Shown piece after piece: positions 37,926-51,465 of a stretch of 64,000 bases of DNA (its first letter is position 1; each line of letters opens with the position of its first letter). Below the pieces are notes generated by a model that saw only the letters and a list, made by a program, of their open reading frames with translations, was not told the DNA's origin and made no database searches. Made by a program: the position numbers and the translations under genes. The DNA comes from Somniosus microcephalus (taxonomy: Eukaryota). Location: NCBI GenBank assembly GCA_052327205.1, contig CM126205.1, forward strand, positions 319,424,001 to 319,488,000. Direction: 5' to 3'.

Positions 37926-38469
37926 CTCCCAGACATTGACGGCTTAATCCCAGCTGCTCCTTATTTTTTCAAAGAGCGAGGCCAGGACCCTTTGGCCGGG
38001 ACAGGGACTGGGAGCTGATTAAATTCTCTCCGCTGGTTTCCCCCTTGTAATGGACACCGGGAACCTGTCGGAAAGGTTGGTGAATGAATGGGCTCTTTGA
38101 TCCGGCGTGCTGGGCTGGTGGGGTGGGCGCTGGAATCCAGCCAGTTCCGTCTTTCAGTCTCTATTTACAGGGAGTTATTAGCCCGTGGTAACTGATCGCT
38201 GAAATAGTTGGGAATTTTTTTGGATGCCGGAGGAATTCGAGTAATTTCTGGGCCCGTCTGGTTTGATTTCTGAACTGACACGCTTTAAAAAAAAAAAATA
38301 ATAATAATTCTCTTCATTTTCTCCGAGCGATTGCCCCTTCCCCTCCCGCAACTTCAAAGGGGAAGCGCCGGATAATTTGTTCCTGATTTAGCAATTTGTA
38401 AAGAATTGCATTCGTAATCGCTGCCCCAGTGGGATCGCATGGCTGGGGGGACTTCAGTGGGGACACTGT

Positions 38470-38714
38470 TACACCCAGAGAGTGGTGAATGTGTGGAATT
38501 CTCTACCACAGAAGGCAGTAGAGGCCAATTCATTAAATATATTCAAGAAGGAGTTGGATATATTTCTTAAGGCTAAAGGGATCAAGGGATATGGGGAGAA
38601 AGCAGGGACAGGGTACTGAATTTGGATGATCAGCCATGATCGCATTGAATGGCGGAGCAGGCTCGAGGGGCCGAATGGCCTACTCCTGCTCCTATCTTCT
38701 ATGTTTCTATGTTT
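38470..38714 (+). mobile_element. CR1 3' end, inverted relative to 37450-37700
   Basis: Near-identical reverse complement of the preceding copy. Confidence 0.85.
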
Positions 38715-40190
38715 ACACCTGTCAGAACTGTGCAAGAGAGAGTCTCGGTGTCAGGACCCCCGGTGTTGAGGGAGGAGGGGGGCTGGGTGCTGGGTGGGGA
38801 CCACTTTGGTCACACCTGATAATGAACCGGTGCTGGTTGACGCCACCTGTCACGGTGGCACGAGTCAGTGCCATTTGGGAGCTCAACCTGTTGCTGTAAG
38901 TCCCTCCACTCACACGGAGGAGGAACATTCAATAATTAAAATTGGACCGGGGCGCACAGAGCAGGAGAAACAGAGGGACTGAAAATGTGAGGGAAAGCGA
39001 GACTGCTTTTTTTCTTCTATTTGTTATTGGGATAAGAAATAGGAGCAGGTGTAGGCTAGACGGCCCCTCGAGCCTGCTCCGCCATTCAATAAGATCATGG
39101 CTGATCTTCTACACCAGCTCCACAGTGTGGACAATACTGGCAAGGCCGACATTTATTTATTTATTCATTCATTCCTGGGATGTGGGCGTCGCCGGTGAGG
39201 CCAGCATTTATTGCCCATCCCTAATTGCCCCTTGAGGAGGTGGTGGTGAGCCGCCTTCATGAACCGCTGCAGTCCGTGCGGTGAAGGTGCTCCCGCAGCG
39301 CTGACTTTGTCATAGTGGTTGGGTACAACCGAGTGGCTTGCTAGGCCCATTTCAGAGGGCAGTTAAGAGTCAACCACATTGCTGTGGGTCTGGAGTCACA
39401 TATCGGCCAGACCGGGTAAGGACGGCAGATTTCCTTCCCTAAAGGACATTCGTGAACCAGGTGGGTTTTTCTGATAATCCGGTAGATTCATGGTCACCAT
39501 TACTGATACTAGCTTTTTAATTTGAAATTTATTTAATTAACTGAAATTAAATTCACATTTGAACCCACATCACTGGATTATTAGTCCAGTAACATAACCA
39601 CTCTGCTACTGTACCACACCGTATTTATCCCTAGTTGCCTCTGAGGGCATTAAGACTCAACCACATAGTGTGAGACTGGAATCAGATGTGGGACAGGCCA
39701 GATTGGGGGTGGGAGGTTCCCTTCCCTGTGGGCATCAGTGAACTAGTCTGGGTTTGGCAACAAAGTTTACCAGATGTATTGAATTCAATTTCACAACTTG
39801 CCATATGGTGGCGATTTTAACCCCACTCACCCGCCCCTTCAAACACCATCTGCCCCACCTGTGACAGAGACTGTAGGTCCCGCATTGGACTCATCAGTCA
39901 CCTGAGAACTCATTTTTAATGTGGAAGCAAGTCATCCTCGGTTCCGAGGGATTGCCTAAGAAGAAGACGACTCAATCAGCAGAAACCTGGCAGGTGGATG
40001 GTTAAAATCGCCGCTGGCTCTTACCTGTCCGAAAGCCGCCATGATCGCAACATCTGCAATTTTAACCTGCTCTCCTGAACAGGCAGCGAGGACACGCACC
40101 CGGAGCCAACAGGGTCCTTCTTTACATAGGCATGTTGTGGCCTGATGACATCATAAGAACATAAGAAATAGGGGCAGTAATAGGCCAGTA

Positions 40191-40655
40191 GGTGTCAGCT
40201 GTGGCTCAGTGGGCAGCACACTCGCCTCTGAGTCAGAAGGTTGTGGGTTTAAAGTCCCACTCCAGAGACTTGAGCACAAAAATCTAGGCTGACACTCCAG
40301 TGCAGTGCTGAGGAAGAGCTGCAGTGTCAGAGGTGCCGTCTTTTGGAAGAGACGTTAAACCGAGGCCCCGTCTGCTCTCTCAAGTGGATGTAAAAGATCC
40401 CGTGGCACTATTTCGAAGAAGAGCAGGGGAGTTCTCCCCGGTGTCCTGGCCAATATTTATCCCTCAATCAACATCACAAAAACTGTTTATCTGGTCATAA
40501 TTACATTGCTGTTTGTGGGAGCTTGCTGTGCGCAAATTGGCCGCCGCGTTTCCCACATTACAACAGTGACTTCACTTCAAAAAGTACTTCATTGGACGTA
40601 AAGCGCTTTGAGACATCCAGTGGTCGTGAAAGGTGCTATAGAAATGCAAGTCTTT
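40191..40655 (+). mobile_element. DeuSINE (SacSINE1-like), full length
   Basis: A-box TGGCTCAGTGG, degenerate B-box, Deu core and L2-like tail. Confidence 0.8.
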
Positions 40656-40790
40656 CCTTTTCCTTTCCATTCGGCCCCTCGAGCCTGCTCTGTCATTCAA
40701 CAAGATCATGGCTGATCATCGACCTTCGCTCCACTTCCCCGCCCGATCCCCATATCCCTTGATTCCCACTGCTGACATTAAATTAACTGG

Positions 40791-41308
40791 AATAACAACA
40801 TAAAACGCTGGAAAAACTCAGCAGGCTAGGCAACATCCGTGGAGAGAGAAACAGAGTCAATGTTTCAGGTCGAAACCCTTCGTCAGAACTGAGAAGAAAA
40901 AAGCAGGAAATGAAACAGATTAAAAGGCCAGTTTGGGGGCTGGGAAATGGGGGAGGGGATGAAAGAACAAAAGGGAAGTGAAGAGACATTAAGAGATATT
41001 CAAGATGAGATGAGATGGTAATAGGACAGGTAAAGAGACAAAGGATGGCTCTAGATGAAGTGTGAAATGCGCTGGCAGAGTGAGAGACAGCTGCCATGTG
41101 GGAGAGAAAAAAAGGAAAAGGCACAAACCAAAGGTGTGGATAAAAAATATATAAAAATATAACAGGGGCCGAGGTTGTGATCTGAAATTGTTGAACTCGA
41201 TATTGAGTTCGGAAGGCTGTAAAGTGCCTAATCGGAAGATGCTGAGTTTTTTCCAGCGTTTTCTGTTGTTATTTCGGATTTCCAGCATCTGCAGTATTTT
41301 GCTATCGT
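40791..41308 (-). mobile_element. Penelope fragment with inverted pLTR piece
   Basis: IFRLGTLQPSELNIEFNNF on the minus strand; flanked by duplicated ATTAA(A/T)TTAACTGG. Confidence 0.75.
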
Positions 41309-41379
41309 ATTAATTTAACTGGCCTGTAATTACTTAGTATGCCCCTTGCCCATTTTATGAACAATAGTGCACCTTTTGG

Positions 41380-41735
41380 GGCAGACACGGTGGCATAGTG
41401 GTTAGCACTGTTGCCTCACAGTACCAGGGACCCGGGTTCAAATCCGGCCTCGGGTGACTGTCTGTGTGGAGTTTGCCTGTGTTTGTGTGGGTTTCCTCTG
41501 GGTGCTCCGGTTTCCTCCCACAGTCCAAAGATGGGCGGGTTAGGTTGATTGGCCATGATAAAAAAAATTGGCCCTTAGTGTTAGGGGGGATTAAATACGT
41601 GGGGTTACAGGGATAGGGCTTGGGTGGGATGGCTGTCGGTGTAGGGACTGGGTGCTAGGGTTTGGATGATCAGCCATGATCTCGTTGAATGGCAGAGAAG
41701 GGCCGAATGGCCTGCTCCTATCTTCTATGTTTTTC
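41380..41735 (+). mobile_element. HE1 V-SINE
   Basis: tRNA head GTGGCATAGTGGTTAGCACT, V-domain GTGGGTTTCCTCTGGGTGCTCCGGTTTCCTCCCAC, CR1-like tail. Confidence 0.85.
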
Positions 41736-44304
41736 TACATTCTGGTCCTATCCATGAATGCAGCTCGCTTTGGAAGATTCTAACTAATGCGTCCTAAAAT
41801 ACCTCAACTTTTTCCTTTTTATCCTTGTGGGTGAAATCCATTTGTGCCTGGAGATTTGTTTGGCTTCAATACTGTTACTTTATTACAGTTTTTTGTTTAT
41901 ACCTTTTGCTGTATGTTTCTCTTGTTCACTAATCTCCAGTCTTGCTACTTCTGGTAACCTATCCTCCATATTCACGTGAAGACCGAAGTATATTCATTTA
42001 GAAACAACAACTCAGCAGGCCAGGCAACATCCGTGGAGAGAGAAACAGAGTCAATGTTTCAGGTCGAAACCCTTCTGTTTCGGATTTCCAGCATCCGCAG
42101 TATTTTGCTATCGTATATTCATTTAGAATTGTCTACTATTCTCATACCTGAATTTGCTTTTTATGTGTACACCTCTTTTTTTCCTTGATGTACTTATAAA
42201 AACTGCCTTTGATACCATCTTCATGATTTTTTTTTTCATATTCCCTCATTGCCCTCATTATTTTCCCGGTCTGCTTTGTTGATTTCTATAATCCTCCCAG
42301 TCCGCATTCTTGCCGCTGGTATTCACTCTTATAAGAACAATAGTAACAATTGGCATTAACACAGCAAAAGCAAGAAGATCATAAGATCATAAGAAGTAGG
42401 AGCAGGAGTAGGCCATACGGCCCCTCGGGCCTGCTCCGCCATTCAATAGGATCATGGCTGATCCGAACCTAGACTCACGTCCACTTCCCTGCCCGCTCCC
42501 CGTAACCCCTAATTCCCTTATCTGCTAGGAAACTGTCTATCTCCGTTTTAAATTTATTTAATGTCGCAGCTTCCACAGCTCTCTGAGGTAGCAAATTCCA
42601 TAGATTTACTACCCTCTGAGTAAAGAAGTTTCTCCTCATCTCAGTTTTGAAAGGGCAGCCCCTTATTCTAAGATTATGTCCCCTAGTTCTAGTCTAGTTG
42701 CACTTAACAAGAGCATTATCAATAAAAATATTTTTGAGGCTGAGCCACAGGACGAGCTATCAGGACAGATGATCAAAAGCATCTTAAAGCAGGAGAGAGA
42801 GGAAAGAGAGGCGGAGAGGGTTTAGGATAGGCAATTCCAGAGCTTAGGGACAAGAGAGCTGAAGGCGCGGCTGCTAATGGTGGAGCGATTAAACTCGGGG
42901 ATGCGCAAGAGGCCGGAATTGGAGGAGTGCAGAGATCTCGGAGGGTTGTAGGGCTGGAGGAGGTGACAGAGGGTAGGGAGGGAGGGGGGAGCGAGGCCAC
43001 GGAGGGAGTTGGAAACAAGGATGAGAATTTTAAAATTGAGGCCCGACTATAATTTTAACTCAGGCCCGATCGGGGCCTTGAGGATTGCCATTCCTTCACA
43101 GTTGTTGGACCAAAGTCCTGGCACTCCCTGCTTTCTTGGATTTATTCAATATTAAAATCATTTACATCGTGATCATTCCGTTGTATCATACAATCACCCT
43201 TCACCAGCTTCCAGCAACTTAAAAAAATGTCATGACTAAAACATTAACAACCTCACCTCCATGCCACAGCTCAGCACAGTCATTCCCCCACCACTTATTA
43301 GCATCAAAAACTAAAGTTTAATTTGTCTCCCACGAAAGATATTCATCTATTGCACTTTAAAAACTGATCCAAAAAATGCCATCCTTAAATTCCTCTCCGT
43401 ATAAAACACCCACAGAGCCTGTGGAACCGCACCCCCCCCTGCCAAACACCACTGTGGGAGAACCTTCACAATAAGGACTCAAGTTCAAGTAGGAGGCCCA
43501 CCACCTAGGGATGGGCAATAAATGCTGGGCTTTGCCAGCGATGCCCACATCCCAAGAGAGAATTATTAAAAAGAAAATACCATAACCACAGGGTTTACTG
43601 TATCCATTTCCACAAATAATCGTGACTATGTGGGACTGCCCCTGACAAAAATAGTTGATGCTGAGATGGGTAACTCCTTCAGAAAGCAGCTGGGTCAATA
43701 TCTGGTTGGGCCAGGAATAAGGGGAAGCTAGGTAAATGCATGAGGGAGAAAGGCATGGAAGGATATGCTGATGGGGTGAGATGAATTAGGGTGGGAGGAG
43801 GCTCGTGTGGAGCATAAACACCAGCATAGACCAGTTGGGCCGAATGGCCTGTTTCTGTGCTGTAAATTCTATGTAATTCTATGAATGGAGGTCAGTGGGA
43901 TGTTGACTAAGGTGATTAAACACTCCAGGGATGCAATAGTCTTCTACTGCTCAGGTAGGGGGAAGAAGAACAGAAGACCACAGCTGAATGAAAGAGATGT
44001 GAGGACGGAGGAATATTCTGGAGTTTTTGCTTGATCGCCTTCAGAGGTCAGGCTGCATTTACACAGAATTGAACTCAGGTGATCAGCTGACCGAGGTAGA
44101 GTCCACAATAGCGTAGGACGCATGCGGTCCGCGGGTCAGGTAGCTCTTCCTTGGTTCATGCTTTCTAATGTTCTTAAGGTCTGGCCCTTGAAGAAGTGGG
44201 GCAAGGTGGGAAAAGGACAGAAGACACTGGGTTGAAAGGAATTGTCGACTCAATGAGGGGCAGGGAGGCTTGGAAGAGGATAGGGGCACGCATTGGATTA
44301 TTGG

Positions 44305-44534
44305 TGACGTAATAAAACTCACTACGCACTTGGTTTGAGTATAAAGCAAGGCTTTAATCAACTTGTTTCAGAACATGGAGGTCTAGTTGTACTTCACTAG
44401 TTCCTGTCTTACAAAATGTCCCTGGGCAAGCTGGGGCCACGTCTGAGTATTTATACTCCTTGGACGGCGCCACCAGCTGGCCGTCCAGCGTTATTTCACG
44501 AGTAGTTTCTTGATGAATGATGAGATTTATAACA
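44305..44534 (-). mobile_element. Solo LTR
   Basis: TG...CA ends, TSD ATTGG; homologous to 2414-2642. Confidence 0.85.
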
Positions 44535-44559
44535 ATTGGTGTGCGGGAATCCTCAGCCT

Positions 44560-44998
44560 AAACAACAACTTGCATTTTTATAGCGCCATTAACGTAGCAA
44601 AACGTCCCAAGATGCTTCACAGGATCGTTATTGAACAAAATTTGGAGATTTTAGGACAGATGACCAAAATGTTTGGTCAACGAGGTAGGTTTTAAGGAGC
44701 TTCTTAAAGGAGGAGAGAGAGTGAGAGAGGTTTAAGGAGGGAATTCCAGAGCTTAGGGCCTAGACGGCTGAAGGCACGGCCGCCAATGGTGGGGCGATGG
44801 AAGTCGGGGGTGCGCAAGAGGCCGGAATCAGAGGAGCGCAGAGATCGCGGAGGGTTGTGGGGCTAGAAGAGTTTACAGAGATTGGGAGGGGTGAGGCCAT
44901 GGAGGGATCTGAACATGAGGGTGAGAATTGTTAATTCGAGGCGTTGCTGGACCGGGAGCCATTGTAGGTCAGCGAGCAGAGGGGGTGATGGGTGAATG
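44560..44998 (-). mobile_element. L2 3' tail
   Basis: Minus-strand LADLQWLPVQQRLELTILTLMFRSLHGL. Confidence 0.8.
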
Positions 44999-45759
44999 GG
45001 ATAGCGAAAAAGGGAGACAGATAAAGAACGGATTTCAGGATGTGAGAAAATCCAGGTGGGAATAAACAATATCTTCAGAAATCGGCATTTAAAATTTTTT
45101 AAAAATTATTTATTCATGGGATGTTGGCGTCGCTGGCAATGCCAGCATTTATTGCCCATCCCTAGTTGCCCTTGAGAAGGTGGTGGTGAGCCGCCTTCTT
45201 GAACCGCTGCAGTCCGTGTGGTGAAGGTACTCCCACGGTGCTGTTAGGGAGGGAGTTCCAGGATTTTGACCCAGCGACTATGAAGGATCGGCGATATATT
45301 TCCAAGTCAGGATGGTGTTAAAGAGTTAAAGTGGATAAACGACAGCTCAATAAGGAAGCTGATTTCCTACCCGAGTCTGGTCTCCCTCTGGCTCTGTCGC
45401 CTCCCCTGTTGCTGCTGCTCCTGCTCCGGCCGACCCTGCCTGCCTTCAGAACTGAGGCCCTCCCCTGTTGACAGAGGCAGGCGATCATTGTCAGGCATTG
45501 GAATGCAGTCTCCTCCAGCTGCGGGCTCCCGTCAGCCGAGCCCTCCAGCTCCTGCTTCTGCTTCACGATGAGGACCCAGCAGTCTGATACAAGGGTGGGG
45601 GCGGAGGGTGGGGTGGGGGGGGGATGTAGAGGGAGGCCCAGTGAAGGGATTGCTCGGTCCTTACCCATGCGGGCTGACGTGTTGTAAGCCTTCGAGATAG
45701 CGGTGGCAGCCATTAGCAATGGAGTTGCTATGCAGTAGACAAACTTAACATAGTGAGCT

Positions 45760-46985
45760 CCCCCCACACACCCTGCCCCCCCAACCTGTAACACACCCCG
45801 CCCCCCAACCTGTAACTCACCCCGCCCCCAACCTGTAACACACCCCGCCCCCCCAACCTGTAACACACCCCGCCCCCCCAACCTGTAACACACCCCGCCC
45901 CCCCAACCCGTAACACACCCCGCCGCCAACCTGTAACACACCCCGCCCCCCCAACCTGTAACACACCCCGCCCCCCCAACCCGTAACACACCCCGCCGCC
46001 AACCTGTAACACACACCGTCACCCAACCTGTAACACACCATGCCCCACCAACCTGTAACACACCCCGCCCCCCAACCTGTAACTCACCCCGCCCCCAACC
46101 TGTAACACACCCCGCCCCCCCAACCTGTAACACACCCCGCCCCCCCAACCTGTAACACACCCCGCCCCCCCAACCCGTAACACACCCCGCCGCCAACCTG
46201 TAACACACCCCGCCCCCCCAACCTGTAACACACCCCGCCCCCCCAACCCGTAACACACCCCGCCGCCAACCTGTAACACACACCGTCACCCAACCTGTAA
46301 CACACCATGCCCCACCAACCTGTAACACACCCCGCCCCCCCAACCTGTAACTCACCCCGCCCCCCCACCTGTAACTCACCCCGCCCCCAACCTGTAACAC
46401 ACCCCGCCCCCCCAACCTGTAACACACCCCGCCCCCCCAACCTGTAACACACCCCGCCCCCCCAACCTGTAACTCACCCCGCCCCCCCACCTGTAACTCA
46501 CCCCGCCCCCAACCTGTAACACACCCCGCCCCCCCAACCTGTAACACACCCCGCCCCCCCAACCCGTAACACACCCCGCCGCCAACCTGTAACACACACC
46601 GTCACCCAACCTGTAACACACCGTGCCCCACCAACCTGTAACTCACCCCGCCCCCGAACCTGCAACTCACCCCGCCCCCAACCTGTAACTCACCCCGACC
46701 CCCAACCTGTAACACACCGCGCCCCCCAACCTGTAACACACCCCGCCGCCAACCTGTAACACACCCCGCCCCCCCAACCTGTAACACACCCCGCCCCCCC
46801 AACCTGTAACACACCCCGCCCCCCCAACCTGTAACACACCCCGCCCTCCCAACCTGTAACACACCCTGCCCCCCCAACCTGTAACACACCCCGCCCCCCC
46901 AACCTGTAACGCACCCCGCCCCCCCAACCTGTAACACACCCCGCCCCCCCAACCTGTAACTCACCCCGCCCCCCCAACCTGTAAA
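45760..46985. repeat. C-rich minisatellite (~24-27-bp unit AACCTGTAACACACCCCGCCCCCC)
   Basis: Direct tandem repetition; explains the Gly/Val-rich minus-strand ORFs. Confidence 0.95.
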
Positions 46986-47328
46986 TCACTCCCAGGTATC
47001 CATTATTTCGATATATAAAGCACCCGAACCCCTGGATTAGATTCCAGCCTGTAACTCACTCCCGGGTATCCATTATTATTCTATATATAAAGCACCCGAA
47101 CCCCTCGATTAGATTCCAGCCTGTAACTCACTCCCGGTATCCATTATTCTATATATAAACCACCCAAACCCCTCGATTAGATTCCAGCCTGTAACTCACT
47201 CCCGGGTATCCATTATTCTATATATAAACCCCCGAACCCCTCGATTAGATTGCAGCCTGTAACTCACTCCCGGGTATCCATTATTATTCTATATATAAAC
47301 CACCTGAACCCCTTGATGAGATTCCAGT
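46978..47328. repeat. 68-72-bp tandem repeat, ~5 copies
   Basis: Unit CAGCCTGTAACTCACTCCCGGGTATCCATTATTCTATATATAAA...CCCCTCGATTAGATTC. Confidence 0.9.
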
Positions 47329-49647
47329 TGGAGTTTGGGCCCAGGACTTCAATCAGCGCACAATCCCGTATTGAAATAAGGTGGAAGGTTCGCCGCTAAA
47401 TGTGCGTTCAGTGTTCCCTTCGAATAACGCCTCAAACCCAGCACAACAAGATGCCCTTTTGAGACGGGGGCCTTGCCGGCTTCACAATCTGAAGTTGTGA
47501 AAGGTTCGGTACGGTGCGGTTAATGGGGCCACAGGTGTACGCAGGCCATCATTCAACCAGTAATTTGCTGATTGTGATCTCATTATCTGCATTGTTGTCG
47601 GCCATTCTGAACACTTGACTGCACACACCTGGCTGCACGCAGTGCACACTCCCCTGCTATCCACTCCCCCGGTCCGCAGTCACCGAGACTTGGTCCGCAG
47701 TGTGGGATCTGGCTGCTATTTGCGGTGGAGGTGTAGCTCCTTGCTTTACATTAGAATTACATCGAATATACAGCACAGAAACTGGCCATTCGGTCTAACT
47801 TTGTGCTCCACATGAGTCTCCACCCATTGTATCAGCCTCTTTCAGTATATCTTTCTATTCCTTTCTTATCCCTGCCTCTCTCTCTCTCTCGCTCTCTCAC
47901 TGCCAGCAGCTCTGCATTACTTCCCCTGCGAGCCCGCGCCGAGTGCCGAGGTGGTGGCTATGCGACTGCAGTGGGCATCATAGCCGGGCCGAACCCGATC
48001 ATCACCTGCCACCTGGAAACTCACACACACCTTCGGATGGGACCTGCGCACCTGCTCAGGTGGGTGTAAGGCCACCATTGGAGGAAGAGCAGGGGGAGCC
48101 CTCCCTGGTGCCCTGACCCAGATTCCTCCCTCGACCAACACCACATTATCTGGCCACTTAGCTCATTGCTGATCGTGGATCTTGCTGTGCACAACTCATG
48201 GAATCTTACAGCACTGAAGGAGGCCATTCGGGACATCGTGTCTGTGCCGGATCTTCGAAAGAGCTGATCCAACTAATCCCACTCTCCTGCTCTTTGCCCC
48301 ACAGCCCTGCAAATCTTTCCATGGCCTCCAATCCGGATTCAGGCAGGAGCCTAGTAAATATATTAGGCTTGTCTTTCCCTCGAGTACAGAAGATTAAGGG
48401 GTGATCTAATTGAAGTGTTTAAGATGATTGAAGGAGTTGATGGGTAGAGAGAGAGAAACTATTTCCTCTGGTGGGGGGAGTCTAGACCTTAAAATCAGAG
48501 CCAGACCGTTCAGGGGTGATGTCAGGAAGCACTTTTTCACACAAAGGGGAGTGGAAATCGGGAACTCTCTCCCCCAAAAAGCTCTTGAGTCTGAGGGTCA
48601 ATTGAAAATTTAAAAACTGAGATTGATAGATTTTTGTTAGGCGAGGGTATTAAAGGTTACCGAGCCAAGGCGGGCAGATGGAGTTAAGATACAGATCAGC
48701 CATGATCGAATTGAATGGCGGAACAGGCTCGAGGGGCTGAAGGGCCTCCTCCTGTTCTGATGCCCCGATATACAGTCGGGGGGGGTGGTCCCATCACTTT
48801 GATAAGACACCGATGCAATTTTGACTGCTCACCGAGTGAGGGTCCCGCCTGGCATAACCCGCTCGGTAAAACCCGGCAGAAGCTGCAACAGGGAGGAGCT
48901 CTCCTCCGGGCCCCACAAAGAAAGCCTGGATTGCTGTCAGCCCCTGCCCGCACCGCGCCCCCCCCCCCCCGCCTCCCCAAGCCCCTCTTCCCAGCTGTAT
49001 TACAACAGCGACTACACTTCAAAAGTACTTCATTGGCTGTAAAGCGCTTTGGGACGTCCTGAGGTGGTGAAAGGCGCTGTATAAATGCAAGTCTTTCTTT
49101 TTCCTGAATCCCCTCCCAACCCCCTACCCCCCCCACCCCCGCCCCCCCCCCGCCATCACCCACCATACCTGACCACCAGCCGAACTTCGTAGGCACAAAT
49201 CCGGCTAGATGACGCTGGATTCTCAGCTTGACTGTTACAATGGACCCGGACTTTCCAATGCAGCTCCCAGGAGGGCAGCCCCGCAAGTCCCACCGGCTTC
49301 CCGCCCGGGAGTGCAAATTCCTCCCCATCACCAGCCCGCACCCCCACCCACCCCCCACCCCATCCAACCCCCCCCCCCCACCCGCCCAACCCTACTGTCT
49401 GGGATGGTGAGCTGAACAATGAAGCCCACGTTTACAAACTGCCCACCTTGCCCTTGGCACGTCAGTGTGCGTTGGGCGAACGGAAGCTTCAAGAAAGACG
49501 TGTGGTGGCGATTTTCGCCTTCACCCCCCCCACCCACCCCACCCCCCGGGTGGTGATCTGATGGAGCCGATCTGCCCCCGCTCGCCCACGTTGTAGAACC
49601 TGTCCGATTTTCATCCCGCCGTAATCACTCGGCGGGAGATTATTTCT

Positions 49648-50103
49648 GTCAGGTTACCACCCAAGGAGGTGAAGGTGACAGATATCTGATGCCATCAGCA
49701 CTTCAATCCTAGGGGGTTCTCCTCCTGGCTTTCAATTCCCTCCATGACCTCGCTCCTCCCTATCTCTGTAATCTTCTCCAGCCCAACAACCCTCTGAGAT
49801 CTCTGCGCTCCTCCAATTCTGGCCTCTTGAGCATCTCCGATTATAATCGCTCAACCATTGGCAGCCGTGCCTTCAGCTGCTTGGGTCCTAAGCTCTGGAA
49901 TTCCCTCCCTAAACCTCTCCGCCTCTCTTTCCTCCTTTAAGGAGCTCCTTAAAACCGACCTTTTGACCAAGCTTTATGCCATTTGCCCTAATATCTCCTT
50001 ATGTGGCTCGGTGTCAAATTTTGTTTGATAATCGCTCCCGTGAAGCGCCTTGGGACGTTTTACTTTGTTAAAGGCGCTATATAAATGCAAGTTGTTGTTG
50101 TTA
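49648..50103 (+). mobile_element. L2 tail carrying a ~70-bp non-L2 head
   Basis: Head and junction match 9759-9830. Confidence 0.7.
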
Positions 50104-50620
50104 TTGCCGTTGCCAACTCTGGTTGGACCTATTCCTGGAGGTTCCATCATGTGACCTCAATCACCCTTTCCCCTCCCCCCCATCTCCAATATTTATATAA
50201 CTAATAAATTAAAGTGATCAAAGAAAATGAAGGGGAAAAAAAACATTATTTTTTAATGCCCCTGTGATTTTTCTCCTGGATTTTGCCCGCAGCCGTGTCC
50301 AGGAAATTCATCTTTAATCCCTGGACAATCCTGGAGGGTTGGCAACCCTAATTCTATCCCCCACCCTTTCCTTCAGGAAGTTCTAAATCTGTCACCGTTT
50401 CCCTTACTTCATACTTCCCACCCGCCCTTCCTCTACAAGCGATTGGCTGCTGGGTGAACCCCCCAAGTGACGCCTTCGTCCCGCTGCGCTTTCGGTACAA
50501 CTGTGTGCCTTCACATGTCGCGTGCCTAGAATTCGGGCCTGAACTTTTTCTTTTGATTTAATCTGATGCCGTGCCAGCCCTTGGGAAGCTGCAGGTCAGG
50601 CCGTGTGTTATAGAGTCATA

Positions 50621-51465
50621 GGGCTGGATTTTCCAAGCCCCGAGGAGGCGGGTTTGGAGTCAGGAGTGGTGGGAAAATTGCAGAATCGGGGGGCACGAAC
50701 CCATCCCGCCCCCCAACCCGCCTCCGTGCCAATGTCCCAGGAGGTGGGCATCCGAGCTGTGCTGGGAGCCGCCTCCCCGAGGCGGGAAGGGGATTCGTGC
50801 CAATTAACTGCCTGTTAACAGGTAGTTAACAGGCAGTTTTTTGCCTAATCCCTATTTTTAGCCCTGAAGTGTGGGCTTCCCGATGGCTCTGAACCACGCC
50901 AAGTTAGCGAGGCGGACCGTCGGTCTGAAGGGGTTGGAGGGGTCGAGATGTCCGTTGTGCAGGTGAGTGATGGGTGCATGTGTGCAGAGGTAAGTGTGTG
51001 AGGTAAGTGTAAAGTGTTTTAATAAGTTTTACTTACCTTTACTTTCTCCTGCAGGCTTCCTCCCTTCAGTTCTCGGGAGTCCCTCAGCTCACCGGCACAG
51101 AAAGCAGAATGGCCGCTGAACTGTCAAAAGCTGCAGCCTCTGCTTTCTGGTCTGGAGAGATCTCTAACTGAGTCTGAGTAGAAGGACTCAAGTTAGAAGA
51201 CAGACTGTCAGTGATTGGCAGCTTCACAGAGCTGTCAAACGCTGATTTTTCATCTGTCAAAAGCTCTTGACAGATGAAATGTCAATCGCTGACATTACCA
51301 GTAACCAGGTGTCCCTTAATTGGCCTGCTGAGCCCGCTGGGAGGGCTTAACAAGGTCAATCAAGGGAAAATAGCGTGGGTTGGCCACAAGTCGATGGAGG
51401 CGGGACTACAACCCAAAAAGTGGGAGTCCTGCCTCCATCACCTCCCCATTGACAAAATCCAGCCC
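50621..51465. mobile_element. PIF/Harbinger-like MITE
   Basis: TIRs GGGCTGGATTTT / AAAATCCAGCCC, 3-bp TSD ATA; inserted in the (ATAGAGTC)n tail of a CR1. Confidence 0.8.

Noticed and set aside
45318-46989. Gly/Val/Cys-rich minus-strand ORFs up to 425 aa
   Set aside because: Products of a stop-poor tandem repeat that is open in several frames.
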